Shown here piece by piece: positions 9,150-18,613 of a stretch of DNA of 64,000 nt. Where the stretch lies: positions 32,001 to 96,000 of the IMG/VR virus record IMGVR_UViG_3300045988_138996, one strand, 5' to 3'. The position numbers and the translations under genes are program-made. Position 1 is the stretch's first letter. Each line of letters opens with the position of its first letter. The DNA comes from a virus. A model generated the notes under the pieces. The model was given only the letters and a program-made list of their open reading frames with translations. It had not been told where the DNA came from and made no database searches.

Positions 9150-12100
9150 TGGATACTCAATTTAAAATGGAAGATTTACTTGTTGAAAATCCAATGATTG
9201 TAACATTGCTTTTTCAACAGTATCAAGATACGTTTTCAGCATCTTCTAGGATTCATTCTGATTTTAAGACATATGTACTTATCGAAATCAATAACGTAAC
9301 AGTTAAACAAGCTAATGTCGTCGAACATTGTTTTCAATATGCTGGTCAAGATCAATTCCGTAAAGTTTATAACATATTAAATAATAATATGTATAGTGGT
9401 ATTGAGCCATATTTCTTTAACAATAGTCGAGATGCATGGGTCGAATCATTAGAAGAAAGTAATCGTCAATATATTTTTAAAGATCGTTCTTGTTATATGT
9501 TATTTTTAAATCGTTCCGAAATCGGTATGACAATTCCAGAATATAACAACATGGATCAGAAAGATCTATTAAGAAAATATGACGATGAAATTAAGAACTT
9601 TATCTTTGAATACTTAGTCGAATATAAATCTCGACGATATCTCAATACGTTTATTCACAAAGAATTTATCAAAGAATTCTTTAATCATTATTTAAGAACT
9701 TCTGATTCTGAAGTTAGAAAAGTTTTTAATATTAATTCATCTGAAAAATTAGGAATTACTAACATCACTTTACCTAGTGCAGATAAATATGCTCATTTTG
9801 TTAATGATCAGATTAGTAGTATTATTTCGATGTCTAACATTAATTACGAACAACAAGAAACTAAATTATCTGATTATATTTTAGATAATGTTAAAGATCT
9901 TGCTGAATTAATTAATGAAAATTCTGAAATCGTATTTGATCCTAATCATGGCTTAGATCAAGAAGTTAAAGATTTTGGTGACTATTTAAATTACAAACGC
10001 AGTTTTAAATTATTTGACAATCAAAAGAATATTATCAATGCCTTTACTCGCTATTTCAAAAAAGAAAGAGCGGGTTTTTTAATTTCTCAACCAGGTTCTG
10101 GTAAAACTTCGATGGCTATTTCTATTAGTAATCTATGGAAACCTAATAAGAATAAAAACATATTCGTATTATGTCCGCCACATCTTAATAAAAAATGGTC
10201 TATGGACATCAGTGTATTAGCTCAAAATGCTATGGTGTATGAATGCGATAGTGTTCAAGACTATATTAATAAAATTGAACCAGAAATTTCTAAACGTAAC
10301 TGTACTAATTTCATTCTAGTAAATCCTAAGTTATTAAAACACTCATATGGTTATCAATTAGATTGGGATGATACATTCTTATATCATATGTATAATTTAA
10401 GGAAAAAGAATTTATTGTTTGCAGATAAGATATATGCGCCTAATCGTGATCGAGTTACGCGAGATAAACAATATCTTCCATATCATCAATATATTTCGAC
10501 ATATAAAGAAAAGAATGAAGAGCATCCAGATATAAAAACAATATATAGATTTGGTGCAGCTCCTAAAATTATTAAAACTTGTTATGATAGTAATAAAGAA
10601 TTAGATAAACTATTAAGTAAAGCGTTTACAACCTTTAGACATGTTTCATTATATTATAATAATGGTCCAATTCTTGATCGAATAATTAATCAATCTGTTG
10701 GCGAAAAAAAAGTTAATTCTAATTTTGTAAGCCTAGATTGGTATTTACAACGTAAAGGCCGTCATAATGTCGATTTCTTTATTATCGATGAGATGCACTT
10801 ATTCTTAAGTGATTCGATGCAAGGCGAAGGCGCTCAACGTATTGCTAGCTGTGCGAAAAAAGTATTAGGTTTAACCGGTACTGTATTTAATGGTATGGTT
10901 ACAAACCTATTCTTTATGTTAAGAAACTTTTTCCCAGCTAAGCTAAAAGATTTAAAAGGATTTTATTTTAACCGTAATAATCTTGCTGCGTCTAAGACTA
11001 ATTTTAAGAATTATTATGGCAACAAGGAAAAAGTAGCCAGTCCTTATTCTGTCGATGTTAATCGTATGAGACTTGAAGGATCTCGTGTAACCGAAACACT
11101 TAATCAACGTCCAAGTAAAATTAATAGTATTGGATATACATATATAGATCAAGATGGTAATATTCGACAAGACAGTACAGGATTTAATGAATATAAAGTT
11201 AAAGATATTCCTGGTATTAATCCAGAAATCTTTACACAAGTTATGTCATCTTGCTGTATCTTTATGACGATGTCAGATATGTCTAATGAATTACCAGAAA
11301 TTAACGAATCTGTTATTAGCTGTGATTTAGATTCTAATATTAAAGATGCTTATGATAAACTATTGAGCGAGATGAAGGCATCTGATACGCCTAATCTTGT
11401 TAAAGCTCAGAAGATTAATAAAATTGCCGGCTGGTTAGATCACCCTTGTATTATTCCAGACAATCATTTTAATTTTAGAAGTTGTGATGGTAATAATAAT
11501 AAACTAGACGAACTATTAAAAATAGTTAATCATCATGATAATGAATGCATCTTAGTTTATACATATTATGACAAGCATAGTCCAATTAATAATGAAATTC
11601 TTCAAACATTAATTAGTAATGGTATTAAAGCTAATATCTTAACAGATTCTGTAGCACCAGCTAAACGTATCGATTGGTTTAAAAAACAAAAAGATAATGG
11701 CGTTCGCGTAGTTATCGTTAATCCTAAACTAATCGAAACAGGTTTAGATTTGTTAGACTTTACGACTATCGTATTCTATCAGTTGAATTCTAACTTCTTT
11801 ACGATGCGTCAAGCTTCTCGAAGAAGTTATCGATTGAATCAAAAGAATAACGTAAGTTTGTATTATTTATATTATAAAGGTACTGTTCAAGAAAATATTA
11901 TTAGCGTAATGGCTGAACGATTGAAAGCTGTTAAGATATTGGAAGGCGACTTCGAAGACGAAGGTCTCGAAGCTATGACTAATGCTGATAAATCAGATTC
12001 TTCTGATGAGATCTTTAACAAGATGATCACGAATGAAGAATATGTAAACGACGATACTGTACTCGGACTAAATAAGTACGCTCAAAAAATCGAAAAACTT

Positions 12101-12271
12101 GTCGATAATACGACATTTGAAGTTCATAAAGTAAGTTTTGTTAAAAAGCCTATGAACAAAAAGAAGATTGATTTTAAACATGTATATATTAATCTTCAAG
12201 ATAAAGTTACTATGTATAATGTGATGAAAGATCCGAATGAGAAAATTAAATTAGAAATTTCTAACTTTTAA
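9149..12271 (+). CDS. Large SF2 (DEAD/SNF2-like) helicase
   Basis: Walker A SQPGSGKT, DEXH IIDEMH, TGTVFNG, motif VI MRQASRRSYRLNQ. About 300 aa N-terminal extension. Confidence 0.75.
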   Translation: MDTQFKMEDLLVENPMIVTLLFQQYQDTFSASSRIHSDFKTYVLIEINNVTVKQANVVEHCFQYAGQDQFRKVYNILNNNMYSGIEPYFFNNSRDAWVESLEESNRQYIFKDRSCYMLFLNRSEIGMTIPEYNNMDQKDLLRKYDDEIKNFIFEYLVEYKSRRYLNTFIHKEFIKEFFNHYLRTSDSEVRKVFNINSSEKLGITNITLPSADKYAHFVNDQISSIISMSNINYEQQETKLSDYILDNVKDLAELINENSEIVFDPNHGLDQEVKDFGDYLNYKRSFKLFDNQKNIINAFTRYFKKERAGFLISQPGSGKTSMAISISNLWKPNKNKNIFVLCPPHLNKKWSMDISVLAQNAMVYECDSVQDYINKIEPEISKRNCTNFILVNPKLLKHSYGYQLDWDDTFLYHMYNLRKKNLLFADKIYAPNRDRVTRDKQYLPYHQYISTYKEKNEEHPDIKTIYRFGAAPKIIKTCYDSNKELDKLLSKAFTTFRHVSLYYNNGPILDRIINQSVGEKKVNSNFVSLDWYLQRKGRHNVDFFIIDEMHLFLSDSMQGEGAQRIASCAKKVLGLTGTVFNGMVTNLFFMLRNFFPAKLKDLKGFYFNRNNLAASKTNFKNYYGNKEKVASPYSVDVNRMRLEGSRVTETLNQRPSKINSIGYTYIDQDGNIRQDSTGFNEYKVKDIPGINPEIFTQVMSSCCIFMTMSDMSNELPEINESVISCDLDSNIKDAYDKLLSEMKASDTPNLVKAQKINKIAGWLDHPCIIPDNHFNFRSCDGNNNKLDELLKIVNHHDNECILVYTYYDKHSPINNEILQTLISNGIKANILTDSVAPAKRIDWFKKQKDNGVRVVIVNPKLIETGLDLLDFTTIVFYQLNSNFFTMRQASRRSYRLNQKNNVSLYYLYYKGTVQENIISVMAERLKAVKILEGDFEDEGLEAMTNADKSDSSDEIFNKMITNEEYVNDDTVLGLNKYAQKIEKLVDNTTFEVHKVSFVKKPMNKKKIDFKHVYINLQDKVTMYNVMKDPNEKIKLEISNF

Positions 12272-12272
12272 C

Positions 12273-12304
12273 TTGACGGATAAAAAATAATTTAGTACTA
12301 TAAT
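12273..12304 (+). promoter_or_regulatory. Candidate promoter for the downstream non-coding transcript
   Basis: TTGACG (12273-12278), then TACTAT at a 17 nt spacer or TATAAT (12299-12304) at a 20 nt spacer. Confidence 0.45.
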
Positions 12305-12968
12305 AGTAACAGATAGACAACTAAATAGAACCGCACGGATTTGCGGGGTTCGCCTGAACTCAAGGGAAGTCGTTAAGACATATCTTTAGCTTTAGTGAGT
12401 TTGCTAACTATCAACAAGTTGATTACTTGCTTTAGCCGGACCAAGGTGGATTTCTTGTTACTCATGCAATGCATCTGGAGTAGAAAACAAGAAGTTTGGC
12501 CAGCTCATTCAGTAGAATCGGCCCGGTATTACAATTCACGCATTCAAACATCTAGGCTACATTAGAGTAGCTGTATATAGCTAATATAAACGTTCTGTAT
12601 TTAATCGTTTTAGCTTATTACAATAGATGGAGTTGTAATAACGTCAGGGGTTAAGAAGCGTACGAAGACCTCTGCCTAAGGGATAAGTCTGTCCAAAAGA
12701 CAGTATAAGGAACAGGGTATCCTATGGTTAAAAGTACGACGCGGTGGTTTCTAGACTTTAAGTTCATCGAAATCTTAGAGTCAGGTCATTATAAGTTAGC
12801 ATATTTTCCAGGAGAGTACGGTTTAATCCGAAAGGATTGAATGTGAGGGTGATAGATAATCACTAATACCGTATAGAAGACCAAGGTTAGCCGTAAGGTT
12901 AATACAGTCTGAAAGCTTTATTTGAATGTACGAGAAGTTAAGCATACAGAAATGTATGCTATTTTTTA
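12305..12968 (+). ncRNA. Candidate large structured non-coding RNA (~660 nt), class unassigned
   Basis: No ORF of 60 aa or more in any frame. Visibly GC-richer than flanks, with many perfect hairpins, some capped by GNRA loops. Long-range 8 bp complement 12524-12531/12864-12871. Ends in a terminator at 12941-12967. Confidence 0.5.
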
Positions 12969-12980
12969 TTACAAAAAATA

Positions 12981-13046
12981 TACTTACTTCGGGGTAGAAG
13001 ACTCTGCCGTCGTAAACGACGGGAGAAGTCTATCAAGAAGTAAGTA
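12981..13046 (+). other. Long imperfect hairpin (~66 nt)
   Basis: tacttacttc pairs with gaagtaagta, agact with agtct, and ccgtcg-taaa-cgacgg forms the apex. Confidence 0.5.
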
Positions 13047-14257
13047 AAACGTTCTCGTAAAAATTGACAATGTATATATAATTAAAAATTTGATGTTTAT
13101 TCTTTTGCAGCTTTAAACTTAAGCTTGTTGAAAATCACCCTATAAAAGCTAATAAGATGACAACGAATCAAATTTTTAATTCTTTCAAAACTTTGTCTTA
13201 AGTGACGTTGATTCAGAAAGAGTTCTCGCAATGTTTATATAATAAAGCCAACGATGTATAAAACATATGTTCTATGTAGTAGGCCAGGCTGTTAATAATG
13301 ACAATATGCCGGCCGTTACCAATGCTTCATAGTTGATATCTTTTGACTAAGTTGGTTGAAGATCTCTAAGTCATAATATTATTTTTTCAGAAGAAAACGT
13401 ATATAATGGCTTCCCTAGCTCTTTGACAGGTTCAAGTAGCAAGAATCTGGCCACATGGCAAGTAGCTTATTGAGATCGGCTACAGTTGTTACGATTGAGA
13501 ATGTATATATAGTTAATTGCTAAAGTTGGTATAATTATTTAAGATAATTTACATAGTAACGTCATTATACATAAATATTCACACTAAACGATTTTTAACA
13601 CATATTTAGTATAAATATTTTTTTAATGTTCAAAAACCTTTTACGACTCAGATGACGTTACTGATTTACGCACATAATACTAACGATGGCGTTTACGAGA
13701 TATCGTAAAGAGCTTTAATCCTGATAAGATCTATTAAGGAACAATACACTATATCATTATGCGCCCGTTAACAGCATTGATACGGCTTATGGGAATAAAA
13801 TATTTAAATGACATAGTGTAAATATTTCGGTAACGACAGCATTGACAATAGATATATTTTTGTTTTATGTATTTAATTAACACTAACACTAACACTATAA
13901 TACAATTCATCAAAATTAGCTGCTATAACATCTTTTTGTGATTCTTATATTTAACGACATACAATCTATCAACAACTGAAACCGAGTGGCACTCGGGGAT
14001 AGCCTATTGTCAAGAACAAGACGTATTATAAGCTTTTGTTTATGATATGCTTCTAATGAATAGGAACCTCTTAAAGAGGATGCCAGCAACAACTGATCAC
14101 AATACATGTTAGATTAAACTTATTGTTACAGCAGTTAATACATATCTATTGTCGATATGTCGTATGAGTATCTATACCATTAATAGATATTGATCCGACA
14201 TATTGACGTAATATATCTTTACAGTAAATACATATTTAAAGTAAAGGAATATATATC
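13047..14257. other. AT-rich ORF-free region (1.2 kb) with promoter-like boxes, direct repeats and hairpins
   Basis: Only a 63 aa antisense ORF. Repeated acagcattga[t/c]a (13771, 13836) and caacaactga (13970, 14087). Hairpins at 13982-13996 and 14067-14079. Confidence 0.4.
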
Positions 14258-14626
14258 ATGCGTGATGCATATAGAATACGACGAGTCATTTGGCCACAAG
14301 ACTTAGTCGTTAGTTCAATTAGTGGCGATCGAATCCATTATCCAGAATTTTATATCGAACACATTAATACTGGCTGTGTGTTATCGATGAAAGAATATCA
14401 AAAGATTCGCAAAGAACAAGTCGAATCAGAATTTGTCGATCCGTATCCAGATCATGACAATACATATATGAATGAATATTATAAAGATATTCGTGAAGAG
14501 ATTGTCGATAAGTTTAATGATTCTCTTGATTGTATGACACGAGAAGACATCGTCGGCAAAGAAGCTATTCCTGGTAAAAAATGGAAAGTTGTCGACGGTG
14601 AACTCGTAGCAGTTGACAATCGATAA
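14258..14626 (+). CDS. Hypothetical acidic protein
   Basis: AAAGGA RBS upstream of the ATG. Confidence 0.5.
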   Translation: MRDAYRIRRVIWPQDLVVSSISGDRIHYPEFYIEHINTGCVLSMKEYQKIRKEQVESEFVDPYPDHDNTYMNEYYKDIREEIVDKFNDSLDCMTREDIVGKEAIPGKKWKVVDGELVAVDNR

Positions 14627-14641
14627 AATGTTCGATATAAT
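14613..14641 (+). promoter_or_regulatory. Consensus sigma70-like promoter
   Basis: TTGACA (14613-14618), 17 nt spacer, TATAAT (14636-14641). Confidence 0.6.
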
Positions 14642-14647
14642 AATTAT

Positions 14648-14742
14648 GCCAGTTGTTAAAAGTTAGCAGACAGCTGGTATTGCTCTCTTTGTCTTAAAGC
14701 GAGAATAAGCACAACTATTTCCTCCGTAGTTGTGCTTTTCTT
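14648..14742 (+). ncRNA. Candidate small RNA (~95 nt)
   Basis: Lies between the consensus promoter and a 10-11 bp terminator hairpin (14707-14737) with a uuuccuccg loop. No ORF. Confidence 0.4.
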
Positions 14743-14806
14743 GCATTTATAGGATATTTCATGTATACTATTAATATAAATTATATATTTAATAGGAGCT
14801 ACGCTA

Positions 14807-14917
14807 ATGAAACTAGAAGATGCCTGCGAACACTTAATTAATTTATTATTATTAGCTCGAGATACCGAAGAGTTTAAAGCTGCTTGTGAGTATTTTGATG
14901 TTAAGGCCTCTGAATAA
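14807..14917 (+). CDS. Small hypothetical ORF (36 aa)
   Basis: AGGAG RBS 7 nt upstream of the ATG; a hairpin overlaps the stop codon. Confidence 0.3.
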   Translation: MKLEDACEHLINLLLLARDTEEFKAACEYFDVKASE

Positions 14918-14949
14918 GAGGTCTTTTCTTTTGGAAGGATTTGATACAC

Positions 14950-15477
14950 ATGAAGTATATTGTTAAGAATACGATCGATTCTGTAGCATGTTATATTCTT
15001 CGTAATGATATGACATGTACACCACAGAAATTACGATATTTATTATATTTAATTTATTCTGATTATTTAAGCGTATACAATGATATTGTCGATACGATGG
15101 GTCGACCATTTTATGCTAAAGATTATGAATGTAATTTATTATTCGACGGACAGTTTATTGCCGACGTTAAAGGTCCTAAAGTTGTTGTCGATCAATATGC
15201 GACCGAAGAAGAAATATATGATTTAGGCGCTTATATCGACGATGATTTAGAAGATCTTATCGATAAAGATTCGCTTAAGTTTTTAGAAGCGTCTCTAAAT
15301 CAATATAAAGGATATAATACTCGCTTTCTCAAGATGTTGGCTAAGCAATCTTATGACTATCAAGAAACATATAAACATTGTGAGTCTGAAGATAAAGTAA
15401 TTCCGATCGACGTTATGTTTACTGCTAATTTATTAGCTGATTCTGTTAGCTCTTGCTTTAAAACTAAGAGGATGTAA
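14950..15477 (+). CDS. Panacea/DUF4065 (SocA-like) domain protein
   Basis: PQKLRYLLYLIYSDYL...KGPKV pattern typical of DUF4065. ATG at 14950 follows a GGAAGG RBS (the ORF track starts at TTG 14941). Confidence 0.45.
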   Translation: MKYIVKNTIDSVACYILRNDMTCTPQKLRYLLYLIYSDYLSVYNDIVDTMGRPFYAKDYECNLLFDGQFIADVKGPKVVVDQYATEEEIYDLGAYIDDDLEDLIDKDSLKFLEASLNQYKGYNTRFLKMLAKQSYDYQETYKHCESEDKVIPIDVMFTANLLADSVSSCFKTKRM

Positions 15478-15479
15478 TT

Positions 15480-18400
15480 ATGGCAAAAGACGTCAATGCT
15501 AATATACTTCATATAGCAGACTATTATCAAAAGAAATATAATACGACCGATACATTTAAACAATGTTTCGTCGGGCAAATGGTTCATGAATCAGGTAATG
15601 GTACTTCAGCATTAGCTATACAAGATATGAACTATGGTGGCTTAGGTGCTATTGAAGGTCAAGCTCATGATCCAGATGAACCTCGTTGGGCTAAATTTAG
15701 TTCTCTCGAAGAAGAAGCCGATTATGTATATAAAGTATTTTATAGTCATTATCCAGAAATTCATCAAGTTAAAACAGCTAAAGAATTTATGGATATTTTA
15801 TGGAATAATCAGTATGTTGTAGCTGAAGGTAATGAAAATCCTACAGAAGTATATAATAATTATCTTCAAGCTTTAACAGAATATACTGGCGAGACATTTA
15901 ATCCGACTAATCCACCGGCAGGTAGTGCTGCCGATGCTAAGGGCGGTGTAATGTCTAAGACAGCAGCTTCTGATACCGGTGTACAAAGCACAGTAGCTGG
16001 TAAAAGAAAAACGCCTAAGACATATACGATTTACAATATGCAAAAACTTGCGAAGGGTAAAACGTATTGTGCGCCAGTATATCCTGATATTATTTCTGTA
16101 TATAATCAAGTACCAGAATGGGCATTAGGTTCTAATTTAAAAGCTAATACCCAAGAAGATACGTCTGTTAAAGATGCGACTGAAGTTAAAAATACATCTC
16201 AAGCTGATAAGAATAATAACGAATCTGGTGCAAAAATTGAGACGACTAAAACTGCAGAAGAAAAACCTAAAGAAGAAGTCGCTCAGAAAGAAGCTCAGAA
16301 TAAGAAAGTTCAGAAAACTGCAGTCGGTGACGGTGGACTAGTTACTGTTACGACTGATAGCAAGCCTAACGAAGCTAAAGACGACTCTAAGACTAAGACA
16401 GAATCGACAAAGACTGAAGATACAAAAGAAGAACATGTCGAAGAAAAGACGCAAGGTATTCCGTTATATGCATATGAAACACGTGATAATGAAAAAGGTT
16501 GTTTCGATGTTGGTTTGCCATTAAGTTCTATTGCAGCATATGGTAGTGAAGCAGCTAAATATCAAATGAGTCGGATGCAATCAATTGCTCAACGTCAGAT
16601 TCAATTTGATCCGACAAAACACGATAATGCTGTTAAGGTACCGACTCCTGGAATGGTGCCTAATAATAAAGATGCATTTCCAGTCGATCTTAGAATTCGA
16701 GACTTAGAATATCATCAACCACGAATTGTTCGTGAAACAATTAAAGCAACTGAATTCGAAGAACAAACAGCTAAAGCATTACTCGCTATGGGTGGTAACG
16801 TTGAAAAACGTATGGTTCAAGTCGAAAATCATTTATCAACTGTAACACGGTATTTATTTAGATTGGGTTCTATTGTGCCGATTAACGATATGTATTATGG
16901 TGGTAATTCTACGTTTGAAAAATATAAATCTGTTCGTCAATTAACAGATGATCGAGTTACTGACGGTATGCAAACACAAATCGATCAGTATATGACGTCG
17001 ACTCGATTAGAGCCGATTATTGGTCAAACGTATGAAATCCTTAATCAGGTCGGTGCTAATTTATCAGTTATCTTAGACGATAACCAGTTATCATATTCTA
17101 ATATGAAACACTACTGTGATCTTATCGATATTAAACGTTATCAAGAACCATTGAAATTAGCAAGTATTAATGAAGGTGCTTCGTTAACTAAGTCTGGCGA
17201 TCAATCTGAGCAAGAATTAAATTCAGTATGGCCAGAAGGTTTTAAAATGGATTGGAAGTTAGTTCCGGTTGAAGAACAAGTACCTATTATTAACTGGCGT
17301 CAATCTATTATTGACGACGGTTCTGATTTAATGAATTCTGCTGGCATGTATGGTAATGGTAATGCTGTCGGTTCTGCATTAACTGGTACGACTAATAATC
17401 TCTTCTATAAAACTGCTATCGAATTAGAAGACACATCATTAAAACAATTTAAAGCCGTTGTCGATAAAGCTAAACAATCTATTAAAGGATATGAAGATCA
17501 AGCTAAGAATATTGCTAAGTCTAAAGATACGTATATGAAGATGAAAAAAGATATCGAAGGCGCGCAACTCCATAAAGATTTTACGGGTCCAGTTATCGCT
17601 GCGATTATGTGTGTTACTAATATATCGGATTCTAATAGTATTATTAACAGTCTTAAAAGTTTAACTAAAGAGCTTAAAGATAATTCTTTAATAGATAATC
17701 CATTATTAGTTGCTCTTGCTTATTTTTCAGAAAAAGCTAATATTATTGGCGATAAGCCGACTAAAGATCCTTCCGAAAAGAAGAAAGAACATGAGGATCT
17801 TAAGACCCGTTTAGATTATGTATATAAGCTTGTATCAAATTCTGGCAGCCAAAATGGTGGCGGTGAATCTAAGCAGTATTTCAATCTTGATATTAAGAAT
17901 CAAGGCGCTTGGACATTTACTCAATTCTGGGAACCATATTCTGTTAACGATTCTAAGAATCGTAAAGATCCGGTATCTCCATCTGATAAGCTAAATAAAC
18001 TTATTGAACTTTGTATCGTATTTAAAGAAATCTCTAAAAGTTTCTATGAATCAGAATTTGATAATGACCAATGGGGGTTCTTCTGGAAAGCCGAATATAT
18101 TCCTGAAATGAAATTAACAGGTTTCCCAGGAGAACAACGTGACGGATATACGCATCAAGGTATGGACGTCGTATTCCAACCAGATTCTCCTAAGCCTGAA
18201 ATTCTTTCAATATGTGATGGTACTGTAGCTGATACTGGTTGGGGATTAAATGCCGTAATGGTTAATGCTGCTAACGGTACGAATAAAACGATTATATATA
18301 TGCATATGTCTCAATTATTTGTTAAACCAGGCGATACCATTAAACGTGGTCAACCTATCGGAATTATCGGTGGTCATGGCACTAAAGATGGTGTAGAAAC

Positions 18401-18581
18401 GGACAATGCTTATGATGAACATCTTCATATCGAAGTATGGTCTGAACTAAATCGTGGAGGATCCTATGGGTCGATTGGCGATTTATATCCTGGTATTTTC
18501 CAAGATTACTGTACGACTCGTATAAAACTTGGAAAAGGCGTAGAATTAAGATATTCTGATTTTACAAATAAAACTTATTAG
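15480..18581 (+). CDS. Peptidoglycan hydrolase: N-terminal glucosaminidase domain + C-terminal M23 peptidase domain
   Basis: FVGQMVHESGNGTS...NYGGLG (glucosaminidase); HQGMDV...GTVADTGW...MHMS...GQPIG..GGHG...HLHIEV (M23). Confidence 0.8.
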   Translation: MAKDVNANILHIADYYQKKYNTTDTFKQCFVGQMVHESGNGTSALAIQDMNYGGLGAIEGQAHDPDEPRWAKFSSLEEEADYVYKVFYSHYPEIHQVKTAKEFMDILWNNQYVVAEGNENPTEVYNNYLQALTEYTGETFNPTNPPAGSAADAKGGVMSKTAASDTGVQSTVAGKRKTPKTYTIYNMQKLAKGKTYCAPVYPDIISVYNQVPEWALGSNLKANTQEDTSVKDATEVKNTSQADKNNNESGAKIETTKTAEEKPKEEVAQKEAQNKKVQKTAVGDGGLVTVTTDSKPNEAKDDSKTKTESTKTEDTKEEHVEEKTQGIPLYAYETRDNEKGCFDVGLPLSSIAAYGSEAAKYQMSRMQSIAQRQIQFDPTKHDNAVKVPTPGMVPNNKDAFPVDLRIRDLEYHQPRIVRETIKATEFEEQTAKALLAMGGNVEKRMVQVENHLSTVTRYLFRLGSIVPINDMYYGGNSTFEKYKSVRQLTDDRVTDGMQTQIDQYMTSTRLEPIIGQTYEILNQVGANLSVILDDNQLSYSNMKHYCDLIDIKRYQEPLKLASINEGASLTKSGDQSEQELNSVWPEGFKMDWKLVPVEEQVPIINWRQSIIDDGSDLMNSAGMYGNGNAVGSALTGTTNNLFYKTAIELEDTSLKQFKAVVDKAKQSIKGYEDQAKNIAKSKDTYMKMKKDIEGAQLHKDFTGPVIAAIMCVTNISDSNSIINSLKSLTKELKDNSLIDNPLLVALAYFSEKANIIGDKPTKDPSEKKKEHEDLKTRLDYVYKLVSNSGSQNGGGESKQYFNLDIKNQGAWTFTQFWEPYSVNDSKNRKDPVSPSDKLNKLIELCIVFKEISKSFYESEFDNDQWGFFWKAEYIPEMKLTGFPGEQRDGYTHQGMDVVFQPDSPKPEILSICDGTVADTGWGLNAVMVNAANGTNKTIIYMHMSQLFVKPGDTIKRGQPIGIIGGHGTKDGVETDNAYDEHLHIEVWSELNRGGSYGSIGDLYPGIFQDYCTTRIKLGKGVELRYSDFTNKTY

Positions 18582-18584
18582 TAC

Positions 18585-18613
18585 TTGCATATATAATTAT
18601 TTTATAATATAAT
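18585..18613 (+). promoter_or_regulatory. Sigma70-like promoter
   Basis: TTGCAT, 17 nt spacer, TATAAT (18608-18613). Confidence 0.4.

Noticed and set aside
13878-13900. cactaacactaacacta microrepeat, considered as a possible CRISPR or iteron array
   Set aside because: It is only a 6 nt unit repeated about 3 times, with no spacers. It is far too short for a CRISPR array. It is kept only as a minor feature of the non-coding island.
13916-14107. 63 aa minus-strand ORF, the only ORF in the 2 kb non-coding island
   Set aside because: It has no RBS, it spans hairpins and repeats, and its size is what chance would produce.
12272-14257. The idea that the ORF-free island is a group II intron, a retron or a decayed protein gene
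   Set aside because: I could not find a reverse transcriptase ORF, a domain V-like motif or flanking split exons. No frame retains a long ORF remnant. A decayed gene cannot be fully excluded for 13047-14257, and that possibility is listed there as a refutation route.
14656-14949. 97 aa minus-strand ORF in the 14.6-14.9 kb intergenic region
   Set aside because: It runs antisense through a consensus plus-strand promoter, a terminator hairpin and a small plus-strand ORF with an RBS. It has no RBS of its own.
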